From: Mobula hypostoma
Taxonomy: Eukaryota
Length of the DNA: 64,000 nt
Assembly: GCF_963921235.1 (NCBI RefSeq)
Contig: NC_086097.1
Coordinates: forward strand, 4,216,001-4,280,000
Direction of reading: 5' to 3'
Made by a program: the position numbers and the translations under genes
Notes under the pieces: model-generated
Told to the model about the DNA's origin: nothing
The model's database searches: none
Seen by the model: only the letters and a program-made list of their open reading frames with translations
Shown here: piece after piece, positions 38,300 through 51,025 of the stretch
Numbering within the stretch: the stretch's first letter is position 1
Layout: each line of letters starts with the position of its first letter

Positions 38300-38860
38300 A
38301 AGACATACAGTATTCTGGAGGAAATCAGCAGGCCAGGCAGCAATTAACAGTCGACATTTTGGGCCAAAACTCTTCATCAGGACTGGAAATAAACGGGTAA
38401 GAAGGTGGGTGAGGGGAAGGAGTACAAGCTAGACGCTGACACGTGAAGCCACGTGGGGGGATGAAGTAAGGAGCTGGGAGGTGATAGGTGAAAAGGCGAA
38501 GGGCTGAAGGAGAGGGAATCTAATAAGAGGGGAGAGTAGACCATGGGAGAAAGGAAAGAAGGAGGGGCACCAGGGAAATGATAGGCTGGAGAGGAGACGT
38601 ATTAAGAGGGGAGACAGAGGGGAAACATTACTGGCAGTTGGAGAAATTGAAGTTCATGCCATCAGGCTGGTTGCTACACGGACAGAATATAGGTGTTACT
38701 CCTCTCACCTGAGAGTGGCCTTATCATGGCAGTGGGAGGAGGCCATAGACCAACATAACAGAATCGAAATGGGGATTGGAATTAAATTGTTTGGCTACCG
38801 GGAAATCCTGCTTTTTGTGGATGGAGCAAAGCTGCTTGATGAAAAGGTCCCCCAATCTTC
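38300..38860 (-). mobile_element. Penelope-like 3' fragment with a decayed hammerhead (38348-38385)
   Basis: The - strand reads cagtc CTGATGA agagttttggccc AAAA tgtc gactg; GIY-YIG C-terminal remnants follow. Confidence 0.75.
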
Positions 38861-39468
38861 AGACTAATGTCATGGAGGTTGATGTGTAGAACAGAAATTG
38901 TGGAGAGGAAGAGAAAACATCATCTGTAGATTTCCCAGTACTGAGTTGGAGAAAGTTTGTGGTGCAATACTGGGTGTCAAGACAAGTAGTATGATATTTA
39001 AAAATAGTGGTGACTTGATGCTGCCAGTACATGTGGAAACTGATGTTGCTACATTCCTTGTGCATGATTTGAATTTATCTGTGCATCTCAGTTAAGAAAG
39101 TGCTATTTCTGCAGTAGAAGAGCTGAGACCTAAAGGAAAACTAATTGTTGAATGATTAATTTCTGATGTTCCTTTGCTGTTGTTTACTTAGACTAGTAAA
39201 GATGATGATTAACCCGAAATTGAGTTTTTAAAAAATTTCAATTCATCATCTAATTCAAATAACTAGACATGATTCTCGAAGCTTAATCCAATTTCCGTTA
39301 GGATGGAGGATGATTGCATCAGAAGCTAAGCACTTTATATCCATGAGAAACAATCTCCAACCAAGAAACAAACAGCAAACAATATGATAATGATAATTGA
39401 GTAAGGAAATCTACAAATAGTGCAATGGATAGGAGTTATTTTATCAAGGTAGATCTATTGTATTGTAA

Positions 39469-40005
39469 ATGCAAGAGATTCTGCTGATGCTGGAAATCTA
39501 GAGCATCACATACAAAATGCTGGAGAAACTCAGCAGGTTGGGCAGTATCTCTGGAAATGAATAAACAGTTGATATTGTGGGTCAACGTCCTTCATCAGGA
39601 CTGGAAAGGAAGGGGCTGGGTGGGAAGAAGCCAGAGTAAGGTGGTGGGGGGGGGGATGGGAAGGAGTACGATGGTAGGTGAGGCCAGGTATGTGGTTGAA
39701 GTAAGATGCTGGGAAGTGATAATCACAAAAGGCAAATAGCTGGAGAGGAAGGAATCTGATAGGAGAGGAGAGTGGGCCACAGGAGAAAGGGAAAGAGGAG
39801 AGGCACCAGGGGGAGATGATGGGCAGGTGGGGAGAAGAGGTAAGGGGCCAGAGTGGGGAGCAGAAAAAGAGGGAAGGGGAAAGGATAAAAAATATTACCA
39901 GAATGAGAATCAGTGTTCATGCCATCAGATTGGAGGCTGCCTAGAGATCATTTCCATAAATGGTGCCTGACCTTCTGAGTTCCTCCAGCATTTTGTGTGT
40001 CTTGC
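39469..40005 (-). mobile_element. Penelope-like inverted two-arm insertion with an 8-bp TSD
   Basis: tattgtaa at 39461-39468 and 40006-40013; long - arm plus a short + arm. Confidence 0.8.
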
Positions 40006-40219
40006 TATTGTAATCATATAAGTTATAGTGATAATTTTGGTTGTGTTTTAAAACTAATTGTTTAGACAAAGTATAGGCAGTAAATCAGTGACATTTTTAG
40101 TGCCATTTTAATATGTTTGGCCTTGTAAAGTATTTGTATGCCTAATTCTATGCATAAGAATTTGGAGCAATGATCACAGTGTCCAAGATGTTACCTTTAA
40201 TTGGAAATTTTGTTGTCAG

Positions 40220-40399
40220 GTGCATATTCCTGATCTGATTCCAGCTCTCTCAATGGCTGAACAAAGAGCCGCCACCTCTTTACAATGGAGAATACATGAA
40301 AAGCTGTTGTTGGCGTTTTCCTGTCTGCCACACGTCATTTCCAGTGATCAGATATACTACACGTTTTTGCCCATAATGTTTAGAATAATGATGACAAAC
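40220..40399 (+). CDS. PPP4R4: PPP4R4 coding exon F (180 nt)
   Basis: ttgtcag|GTG CAT ... ACA AAC|gtaaga. Encodes VHIPDLIPALSMAEQRAATSLQWRIHEKLL...SSDQIYYTFLPIMFRIMMTN. Confidence 0.96.
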
Positions 40400-41209
40400 G
40401 TAAGATATATCTTTAGTGAAATTTTTACTCATCTTTCTTACTTAAAAACAGCAAATGCATCCACATTTATAGTGTTCATTTGAAGATTTATTAGTTACCT
40501 CTATACGTTGTTATCTTGCAGATTTCAACTTAATTATATAGCAAACTAGTAGATGATTCTACTGATCTATTGTGACATTATATTTCTCTTAATACCATCT
40601 CTAAGAATTTCCTTAATTCTGCAATATAGATATTAAAAGTATCTAACACATGTACACATAGTACAGCATGTTCATATTTTTTTAAGAATTGGTCTGATAT
40701 TTATTGCAACCAATTATTTCAGTTGATTTCCTAATATATTTAAAATATGTAATCTCAAATTCACAGTATCTTACTCCAAGCCTGTGCTCCAGTAATTAGC
40801 GGTTAATTCTCTAATTTGAGTTAGAAATAACGTGTCCATTTCTCCCATTTATGTCTAAGGCATTTATTGATAACTATTTTTAACCTAATGAAGATGCCAG
40901 GCTTGCCCAATAAAAGTGTTATTGTAATTTCTAATGTTGTAAGTTAACTTTTAAGTTCAGGCATAGGAATTGATTATAACACACACGCCTGTAGCATTTA
41001 ACTTGAAACTTGTGAAAGTGTTCTGTTACTGTGCTGCTAGGCATTTTGTTTATATTTATTAACTCATGGCGAGCTCATTTTATTTTTAGCAAATAGAATT
41101 TAAAATATAATTCATTATATATATGTGCAGTATTGTTAATGTCAACCATTTTGAAGGAAATGCTAATTTTGATAACATTAAAGTTCAGATTGGGATTATT
41201 ATCATCTAG

Positions 41210-41315
41210 AATGTCCTCCCAGTCCAAAGAGCCTCAGCCAGAACCCTCTGTGTATTTGTTCGGTACAACCGTAAACAGGAGCAAAGACAGGAAATATGCA
41301 GTAAAATCATTGAGC
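41210..41315 (+). CDS. PPP4R4: PPP4R4 coding exon G (106 nt, phase 0 to 1)
   Basis: catctag|AAT GTC CTC ... ATT GAG C|gtaagt. Encodes NVLPVQRASARTLCVFVRYNRKQEQRQEICSKIIE. Confidence 0.95.
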
Positions 41316-41559
41316 GTAAGTATACAATTACAATTAAATATCATAAGATTACTTAACAGCTTCATCAATTGTTGCTCTAAATTGGGATGAGAGATAGAAA
41401 CCAATCTTACTTTCCCCAATGTATCTCCGAGCAGTAAATGACAAAACCTGTGTTTATACATTAATTGTCTTTCATAGCATTGACATATTCCATAGTGTTT
41501 TGCAGCCAATGCAGGACCTTTAAAATGTAGGAACTTTTGCTGGAAACACATCAGCCAAC

Positions 41560-41790
41560 TGGGCGTAGCAGTTAGCAGAACGCTTTACAGTGCCAATGAC
41601 CCAGGTTCAATGCCTGCCGCTGTCTGTAAGCAGTTTATATGTTCTCCCCGTGACAGCTTGGGTTTCCTCTCACATTACAAAATCGTATGTGTTTGAAGGT
41701 TAATTGGTCACATGGGTGTAATTGGGCAGTGTGGGATTGTTGGGCTGAAGGGCCTGTTACCCTGCTATACCTCTAAATAATAATAATAAC
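41560..41790 (+). mobile_element. V-type SINE
   Basis: tRNA-like head (ggcgtagcagttagc, caggttcaatgcc) plus core and (TAA)n tail. Confidence 0.7.
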
Positions 41791-43319
41791 TTTGTGCACA
41801 GCAAGTTACCATAAACTGAAGTATGATAATGACCAAGAGCCTTTTGGTGATGTTAAAGGCAAGATATCTATTAGTTCTGACATGATGATCTTTGGAAAGC
41901 ACTCTCTTTGCTGTCCACCTGAAAATTGTTATCAAATAAGTGATAGAATGGTGTTCCTAACTCTAAAACTAGAGTTAAAACCGCAGTGTGTATGTCTGGA
42001 AATGTCGTTTACAAATCCTTGTATTGAATTTTCAACCGTTTTCCACTATAAGCTGCAGCTTGGGTGTCAAAGCAGAAATAGTAGATCTTGAAATACTCTA
42101 AAGGTTAACTAAAGGAAAAACTTGCAGTATTAATCCTGACACCTGGAATGACACAACTATTAATAGGCTATGTGGTATTATGGATCATTTTGAATACATT
42201 TCATTTTGAGATGCTAAATCTGCCATGCAGACAACTTTTCCTCCTTTAACTCTGAACCACTGTGATAGTTCAACCTAATTTCCAGGAACAAATGTTTCTT
42301 TCCCCCATCAAATGATATGCTTTTGCCTTGGTGCTTGTATGTATTGGGAGAATTATTATTGTGCTTTTGCTGTTCAGTTTTCAGTGTTTGGTGCATTGAA
42401 AATTATCTCCCCTCCTACTCCCCACCCCAATTCCAGCCCCATCCCTCCTCCCCCTTTTGGTAAGTTTATTTGTGGGCTGCCTTAGAATAACAATACTTTC
42501 TGGAAAAGATAATTTCCCATTTCAGCAACCCTATTTTTGTCCCGTTATTATCGGAAATATTAAGTTTTCTGCCAATTCCAACTGTGAACTATTTTACTGC
42601 TATCTCACACTTCAATCGTTAATGTTATTACACTTTGAATGCTCCATGAATTCACACAACTGGCACTTAACTGAAAGTTGCTTTGTTTGATTACCTATCT
42701 AATTCTTCCAATCTCTAATCTCCTAGGTTTCCTGATGTTCTCCCATGTATTCCAATACTCCTTTTGATTAACTTCCAGTTTCCGCATTTGCTATTCTTCT
42801 GTTCCCTCTTATCAAGTCTTAATGAGTTCATGGTTGATGTGTGACCTAACTCTGTCTATCCACAATGAATTGCATTAGATTTACTATTGTCTCAATTATT
42901 GAGAAAGGCTTGTCTTGCACATCTGTTCATGCAGATCAATTCTTTACACAGTGCATTAAGGTAGAACACTTTCTGGCAGTTTTTCTTCAGAACCTGAGGG
43001 TACATGGAGCTTAGAAAAATAGAGTGCTATGCGCTGGGGAAATTCTAGGCAATCTCTAGAGTAGGTTACATGGTCAGCACAACATGCCGAAGGGCATGTA
43101 ATGTGCTGTAAATTTCTATGTTCTTTGTCCTAGCCTTAATATCTTGGCTCACAAAAGCACATTAATCTCAGATTTAAATAAAAAAAATGATTTCTCGTTC
43201 CTTGCTGTTTGTAAAAGATTGATCCAAATGTTAATCACCCGTTTCCATGCAGAAATGTGTTTAAACTTCATCCTGACCAGGCCCCTTACAACAATCAACA
43301 AAAATAATTACTCTCTTTC

Positions 43320-44180
43320 TAAATGTAAGAGGTTTTGCAGAAGCTGGAAATCCAGAGAAACAGATACAAAATGCTAGATTCTGGTTAGGCAGCACTGTAG
43401 AGAGGAATAAACAGTCAAAGTTCAAAGTAAATTTATTATCAAAGTGCATATATGGCACCATATACAACCCTGAGATTTATTTTCTTGCGGGCATCATAGT
43501 AAATACAAGAACCACAATAGAATCAATGAGGCCACACCCAACAACCAATGTTAAACAAAACTGTGTAACTACAAAAGGAAAGAAAAAAAGAAATAGTAAT
43601 AACTAAATTAGCAATAAATACTGAGAACATGAGATGAAGAGTCCTTTAAAGTAAGTCCATCGGTTGTTCGGTTGGAGATCCTTCATCTGACCAGAAGGGG
43701 GAAGAAGATGGTGGAGGGAGGAAAAGATTACAAACTGGCAGGTGTGGGGGAAGGTGGGTGGGTGGGTAGGAGGAGAATGAAGTGAGAAGCTGGGAGGTGT
43801 AGGTGGAAGAAGCAATCTATTAAGAGAGGAGAGTACACCATGAGAGAAATGGAAAAAGGGAGGTGATAGACAGATATGGAGAAGACAAGAGGTAAGAGGG
43901 GTGCCAGAATGGGGAAGAGGAAAGAGAGAAAGTTGAGGGGAGAGAATTTACCAGAATCTTGAGAAATCATTGTTCCTGCCATCAGGTTGAAGGCTGTCCA
44001 GATGGAATATGGTTGCTCTCCCAAATTGAGAATGGCCTCATCATGGAAGTAGAGTTAGCCATGAAGTTAGAGATGTCAGAATGGAAACAATAAGCAGATT
44101 TAAAATGGGTGGTTACAAAGATATAATGCTTGTTTTGGCTGACTGAGCAAAGGTGCTTGATGAAGTGTTCGCCCCAATCT
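43320..44180 (-). mobile_element. Penelope-like fragment interrupted by a Rex/L2-like tail (about 43420-43660)
   Basis: gcagaagctggaaatccagag end and GIY-YIG C-terminal remnants. Confidence 0.65.
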
Positions 44181-44520
44181 ACAAGGAGTGATTGATAAGT
44201 TCGTAACCTAAGGTAGGAGGAATCAATTTTTGAAAACTTAGCACATTTATTTTTCAACATAGTCCCCCCCCCCCTACATTTACACACTTAGTCCAGCGGT
44301 AGTGGAGCATACGGATCTTGGACCTCCAGAAAGTGCCCACAGCAGCGGTGATTGATAAGTTTGTGGCCTAAGGTAGAAGGAGATGAGTTATACAGCTCTT
44401 GTTACATGCACGTGCAGTTCAACTCTTTGAGTGATTATGCAGAAAGCTTGAGGTTAATAACTCAACAGGGGTGATTGATAAGTTTGTGGCCTAAGGTAGA
44501 AGGAGATGAGTTATCAACTC
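44180..44520. mobile_element. Mariner/Tc1-like non-autonomous element remnant
   Basis: Begins ta-caaggagtgattgataagtt (mariner-like end); the same motif recurs directly at 44347 and 44470. Confidence 0.55.
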
Positions 44521-44816
44521 CCTCTTAATTTGGTTTAGAATATTATCCCTCAACTTTCCAAGTTAAAGGGAATGATTGTTTTGTTGAGAAAATTATACAT
44601 TATTCAAATAACAGAGGAGCCAGTTTATGGTGTTTTTATTGGTCTTTGAAGATAATTAATAATTATGTTATTGTTGACAACTTACCACATGGACATTGGC
44701 TTTGAAGATGCACAAGTAATTTAGTCCATTAACTATATACTTGGGACTTCATTAAAATACGTACCTCTACTATATCTACCTGTGCTTTAATATAATATAT
44801 AATACTTTATCTAGGA

Positions 44817-44900
44817 CAGGCATTTCCAACCTTTTTTATGCCATGGATCTCTACTATTAACTGATGGGTCCAGGAAACCCAGGCTAGGAACTCTCACTCT
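44817..44900. mobile_element. hAT-like MITE, decayed
   Basis: caggcatttccaacctttttatgccatgga...ccaggctaggaactct; a ctag-containing 8-mer on each side. Confidence 0.5.
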
Positions 44901-46102
44901 AGGAAACATCTATTTGAGGGAAATGCATAGTCACTCATCCATCAAATCTGATGAGTGTGAGAGAAGATGACAGAAATGTCACTACATTAAATATTTGATT
45001 TGTCCTTTAAACATGGACAATAAGACTTTTACAAAAAAATCGTTTTGATATATAAAACAAATTGTAAATGGGGCATAGTATTTCACCATACTAGAGATAT
45101 CCTAAGATGATGAAATATCAGCATTAATTTGTATTTAAATACAGAATAAATGGAAACATTCTCTCACTTTTATTCAGACAAAACTGAAGGTAGTTTTTCA
45201 AAATTTGTTCTTCACTTGTAGCTTTTATGCTTCTTAATGAGCTAACAATCTCTTGCTGATAGAGGCTTGATTGTTCTACTGAGTTGTTTCCCACCTGCTA
45301 ATAATCATTAGGTGGAATAATAATTAATTCTATCATCTATGAATTTTTGCCATGAGGATTGCTTTTGTAAGAGTCGCCAAAAATGTGTGTAACAAATTAT
45401 GATAGTTACATTTATTCTAAGTGCCTCAGTTTAGAAAACATTTTATTTGTTTTAATTGATATTAAAATAAACACTGTAAAGTTTTAAGAAAATTTATTGC
45501 TGACAAAATTGGGGAAAATGTTTTGGTGGACCTACACGCAATAGGATGAATACATTTTAAAACACATGGGTGTCCCTAAGATTTTCCTGGAAGGTGGTAG
45601 ATTTATTTCATGTAGAAGGCAGAGTAATTATTAATTTTATTTTCTGCCATAATCCAACTATGCCTAACTACAACAGATAAAAAGAATACACAGGTTATTG
45701 GAATTGTACACCTCTAAGTGTAAATCAGCCATGTCTTTTAAAGCTGTTAATGACTTAATCTGCTGTGCATTTGTAGAATTTTCCATTTTTATTTCAGATT
45801 ACTAGCCTTTGAGATTTTTTAAAAATGTATCTATCCGGTTGTAGCTTTTGATGGTGGGAATAGGTATGCAGTAGATAGAAACCAGGAGGAGCTAAACCTT
45901 CAAACCTGTTGTCCAATGGGCAGGTGGTCCTGGCTGGACCACAAGCAGAAACATGCCCAGTGATCTGTGTGTGTTTTACTAAGTGAATTTCAATCTGACT
46001 TTGTGCAAATAGGGAATATGATGAAACCCTAGAATATACTACAATGTGCATAATAAAGCATTGTGCTATTCATTCACAATTTGTTTTATTTTTCTTGTCC
46101 AG

Positions 46103-46250
46103 AGCTTGGTCAAGGAAAAAGTTGCTGGAACAGGCTAAGATTTCTTGACACCTGTGAATGTATCATGGAATTATTTTCAAAAGCCTTCTTCTGCAAATAT
46201 TTTTTCCTGCCTGTACTTGAACTTTCAAATGATCCTGTCCCTAATGTAAG
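46103..46250 (+). CDS. PPP4R4: PPP4R4 coding exon H (148 nt, phase 1 to 2)
   Basis: ttgtccag|AG CTT GGT ... GTA AG|gtgagt. Encodes (Q)LGQGKSCWNRLRFLDTCECIMELFSKAFFCKYFFLPVLELSNDPVPNV(R). Confidence 0.96.
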
Positions 46251-46384
46251 GTGAGTAGATCATTGATCTATAAATGTATTGCTTGGTTCCTCTTTTATTA
46301 AAACCATTTTAATTTTTGGAGAGCAGGAAAATTTAGGATAGTAAAAACTGCCATGAGATTACCAGGGTCTCTCTCCCCCCTATT

Positions 46385-46800
46385 TGAGACATTTACCGGG
46401 AGTGTTGTACACAAAGGATTTGAAGCATTGTTGAGGATGCCTACTACCCAACCCACACTCTCTTTGATCCACTACTATCAGGAAGGAAGTATGGGAGCAT
46501 CAGGGTGAGGATTGCCAGATTGCGTAACAGTTTCTTCTCTCAGGCTGTGAGACTAATGAATACCTGCCACCACTGAGGTCTTGTCGTGAGGACAGCACAC
46601 TGTTTACTGTTTACAGTTTATCTGTGCTGTGCACTGTATAGACTTTGAATTATATTTTATATTTTATTAACATTTTTGTTGTATGTGCTGTATATGATGT
46701 AATGCATGTTGTGTGGATGCATCATGAGCTGCAGGAAAGTTATTTCATTTGATTGTATATGTGTACAGTCAGAAGACAATGAATTTGAACTTAAACTTGA
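46385..46800 (+). mobile_element. Rex/L2-like LINE 3' end
   Basis: LFDPLLSGRKYGSIRVRIARLRNSFFSQAVRL; tgaatttgaacttaaacttga tail. Confidence 0.7.
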
Positions 46801-47034
46801 AGCTTATTGTCCATCTGCTCTGCTACAATGTTAGCATTTCCCTAGATGACTTAAATAATTAAAGTTCACTCCATCTGTTGAATATTTCCTTGATACATCT
46901 ATGTGAAACTTTTGTTATTCACAGCTAATTTGTGACTGGTAACTTTGAGCATCAAAATTATTAATATTAATGTGCAGCACAAATATTCACTCTAAGCTGA
47001 GATGATAAAAACAGAGTTTATGATATTAATGTGT

Positions 47035-47935
47035 CAAGAAACTTTTTTGTTTGTTTTATTTTTATTTTCAATTTTTTTCTTTTGTTTATTTTTTCTTTTT
47101 AAAATTCTTTTTCTTTTTCCAATATTTTCATTAATTTCTTTATAGAAGAATACAGAGTCCAAGAGAATACATATTATTAGACAACAGAAAAAAATAATAA
47201 TACCAGATACAGTATATTGAATCACATTAACAAACTCCTTACTCTATATTCATGTAGATTAGATTATATTAGAATATAAACAATTTTATTAAAAAAAAGA
47301 TCTACACCCACTATCAAAGTCGAAGCTGTTTGGAAAAAAAAGTAAAAAAGAACTTATCAGATAATAAAATATGCTATTAACCAACTTCTGTACTTTAACG
47401 AGAAGTCAAAGATTATGAAAATAATTTAAAAACGGTCCCCATAAATTTTGAAAAGCTTGATTAGATTCAGAAATTGAACAACGAATCTTTTCTAAATTTA
47501 GGCATGCCATAACATCCTGTAACCACTGAGCATAACTAGGCAGAACAGCATCCTTCCATTTAAACAAAAGTGCCCTCTTAGCCATAAGAGAGATAAAAGC
47601 CAGAATGTGCAAATCAGATGTCTTCCAACAATACCAAATAGGGCAGTCAAAGGATTAGGCTTAAAATTTACTTTAAAGAGTACAGAAGAAGTTTGAAATA
47701 CTTCCTTCCAATATTTTCCAAGACTTGGGCACGTCCAAAACATATGAATAAATGAAGCTTCTCCATTGCTACACCTATCACAGCAGGAAGATATATCCAT
47801 ATAAAAATGAGATGACTTATCCTTGGTCATATAAGCCTTATGAAGCACTTTAAATTGTAGAAGGGAATGACGAGCACATAACGATGAAGTATTAACCAGT
47901 TTAAAAATCTCATTCCAAGTTTCTTCAGAAATTGA
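47035..47935 (-). mobile_element. L1-type LINE 3' end (same family as 22480-26870)
   Basis: ORFs 47406-47848 (-) CDRCSNGEASFIHMFWTCPSLGKYWKEVF; A-rich tail. Confidence 0.85.
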
Positions 47936-49157
47936 AGAAGAAACTTTTTAAATAGATGCTTGCTTCTCTGGCTAGAATGGGTTTAATTTTTTAAAAAAAA
48001 CATTGTTTCTGTTCTTGCATTTATTCAAAATCAATAATTTAATTGATCATTGAATATTAATGCAACTGAATATGATTTCAACATCATCATGGACATAGTG
48101 TGCTGACTGTGAAAGCATTCTGATAACACAGAAATGCTTTGTTGGTTCAGTGTGATAGACTAAAATATATCCACAGATTCTACATCGGAATTTTACCAGT
48201 TGTGTTAAATGACATCTAGAAAACATTACTTTTTAATGAAACTACAGGAAGAAGCCTTTTTAAAAAAAAAGACAAAGCATGTAGTTTTACAGAAAATACT
48301 TTGAAATCAGAAATAACCAAAAAGTATGTGCTTGTAATGTGCTTTAACACAGCAGAAGGAAGTATGGATTTACAACCAATAAGGAATTTATTGTTTTAGA
48401 AAATATATTATTAAAACCAAAGTAGATATGCTGTTGGTTTTCTATTTTAGTTTATTGAAGAAAGATTTTCACTTTATTTTCATGATTTTCAAAACAGTAA
48501 AACTCCAATTATCTGTCAGCCCTGGAACTTCAGTGCTGAACTGGCAGATTTATATGGCAGACTAATACTCTTTGTCTTTTAGATGTTACACAAACAAATT
48601 TTCCACTGAACCAGTAGAGTCAGGTGCTAAGCCATCAATATTCCTGGACTACAGGATAATTTATTATTGGAGCTCTACTATGATGACACATCTTATTAGT
48701 AGTTTACAATAAAATAATTGTAAAAGCTATTGATTTGATATAGACTATAGAATGTGGGAATTGTTGGGCATTAGCACCAAAGTTCATCTTTAATTATTCA
48801 TCTGCATATTCTCTAAAGTCAGCTTGCTTACAAGATGAAAAAAAATTACTGCAGATATTAAGTACTTGGAAGAAGGTTTTAAGACACAGAATGCTGCAAA
48901 TATTCAGTGAAGAAACATCTCTCCATTCAGAGTCTATGCTTGCATCTGCAAGATGACAGACATAGTATTTGAAAACTGGAATGCTTCATAATCCAAGACC
49001 CAGAAAATAGTTTAGAGTGTTCGTAATAACTACCAAGTTTTTGCATTGGGAATGGGTATGTAGTAGGTGGAAAATCCAAGGAGCATGTCTTAAATTTTCA
49101 ATCCTGTGGTCCAATGGGCAGGTGTCCTAGCTGGACAAAAAGCAGAAACAATTCCAG

Positions 49158-50086
49158 CAATAAACACGAGAGGTTCTGCAGATGCTGGAAATCCAGAGCA
49201 ACATGCAAAAATGCTAGAGGAACTCAGCAGGTCAGGTGGCCTCTATGGAATTGAATGAATAGTCGACATATGGGTCTGAGACCCTTCATCAGGACCGGAA
49301 AGGAAGGGGGAAGAAGACAGAATGAGAAGGAGAAGGGAGGGGAAGGAGAACAAGTTAAAAAGTGATAGGTGAAGCCGGGTAGGTGGGGGAGGAAGTATGA
49401 AGTGAGAAGCTAGGAGGTGATAGCTCGAAAAGGTAAAGGGTTGGAGAGGAAGGAATCTGATATGACAGGGCAGTGGACCATGGAAGACAGGGAAGGGGAG
49501 GTGAAAGCCAGCTGAGGAGAAGAGGTAAGAAGCCAGAGTGGGGAAGGGGGAGGGGAAAAATTACCCAAAGGAAAAATTGATGTTCATGTCATTAGGTAGG
49601 AGGCCACCTAGATGGAATATGAGGTGTTGCTCCTCTAAACTGAGAGTGCCCTCATCATTGCTGTAGAAGAGGTCATGGACCGACATGTCAAAATGGAAAT
49701 GGAGATTGGAATTAAAATGGATGGCTACTCCAAAATCCTGCTTCTTGCTTCCTTTACCCAACCTTCTTATTATGGCATCTCCCCCTTCCTTTCAAGCCCT
49801 GATCAAGAGTCTTGGCCTGAAAAATCAACTGCATATCATTTCCATAGATGCTGCCTGACCTGCCAAGTTCCTCTAGCATTTTGTGGGTGTTGCACTTAAT
49901 TTCCAGCAGCTGCAGAACCTCTTGTGTTTATGCAGGAATTGATTCTGCTTTTTGCCCAGCCAGGACCACCTGCCCATTGGACCACAGGATTGAAGATTTA
50001 AGACATGATGAATGGTCTTGGCTTGAAACGTCAACTGTTTTTTCATCTCCATAGATGCTGCCTAACCTTGAGCATTTTGTGTGTGT
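49158..50086. mobile_element. Complex Penelope-like insertion: - arm, + arm, inverted flank copy, third short arm
   Basis: Bounded by aacaattccag (49147-49157) and aacacttccag (50087-50097); carries three decayed hammerhead motifs. Confidence 0.8.
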
Positions 50087-50124
50087 AACACTTCCAGTGA
50101 TCTGTGTATGTTTTTAAAAGGAGG

Positions 50125-51025
50125 GAGGTTGAAAATCTGGCAAGTGCTGCCATAACAACACCTCTTATCAAACGTCAGAAAGACCAAGGAGCTGATTATT
50201 GACTTCAGGAGGAGAATACTAGAGGTCCATGAACCAGTTCTCATTGGAGGATCAGAACTTTAAATTCTTCAGTGTTATTATTTTGGAATACCTGTCCTGT
50301 GCACAGCACTTAAATGCAATTGTGAAGAAAACACAGCAGCACCTCTACCTCCTTAGGAGTTTGCAAAGATTCAGTGTGACATCTAAAGCTTTAACCAACT
50401 CCTATGACGTGTGGTGAAGAGTATATTGACTGGCTGCATCGCAGCCTGGTATAGAAACACCGATATCCTTGAACAGAAAATCCTACAAAAAGAAGTGGAT
50501 ATGGCCCAGTCCATCATGGGTAAAGCAGATCTATACAGAGTGTTGTTGCAGGAAACTAGCATGCATCATTTGGGACACCCACCACCCAGGACATTCTTTC
50601 TTCTCAATGCTGCCATCAGGAAGAAGGTACAGGAGCCTTAGGACCTGCACCACCAGGTTCAGAAACAGTTATTTCCCCTCAACAATCAGGCTCCTGAACC
50701 AAGGGGGATAACTTCATTCAACTTCACTTGCCCTGTCACCGAGATATTTTCACAACCAATGGACTCACTTTCAAAGACTCTTCATCTCATGTTCTTGATA
50801 TTCATTGTTTATTTATTTGTTATTATTGTTTCTTTCTTTTTGCATCCGCACAGTTTGTTGTCTTTTGCACCCCAGTCGAATGCCCAGGTTGGTGCAGTAT
50901 TTCATTGATTCTAATACGATTCTACTTTGGATTTATTGAGTATGCCCACAAGAAAATGGATCTCAGGGTTGTATATGGTGACATATTGGAACTTTGATAA
51001 TAAATTTACTTTGAACTTTGAACTA
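50125..51025 (+). mobile_element. Rex/L2-like LINE 3' part, family C
   Basis: KTKELIIDFRR, SILTGCIAAWY and LPSGRRYRSLRTCTTRFRNSYFP; aataaatttactttgaactttgaac tail. Confidence 0.8.

Noticed and set aside
44188..44514. CRISPR-like repeat-spacer array
   Set aside because: Only three repeats, spacers of unequal length (about 80-125 nt), a eukaryotic intron, no cas genes, and the motif looks like a transposon end.
45848..46000. C/D-box snoRNA upstream of exon H
   Set aside because: The C box is imperfect (ttgatgg), there is no terminal stem, and the boxes are not kept in the second copy. Retained only as an unexplained duplication.
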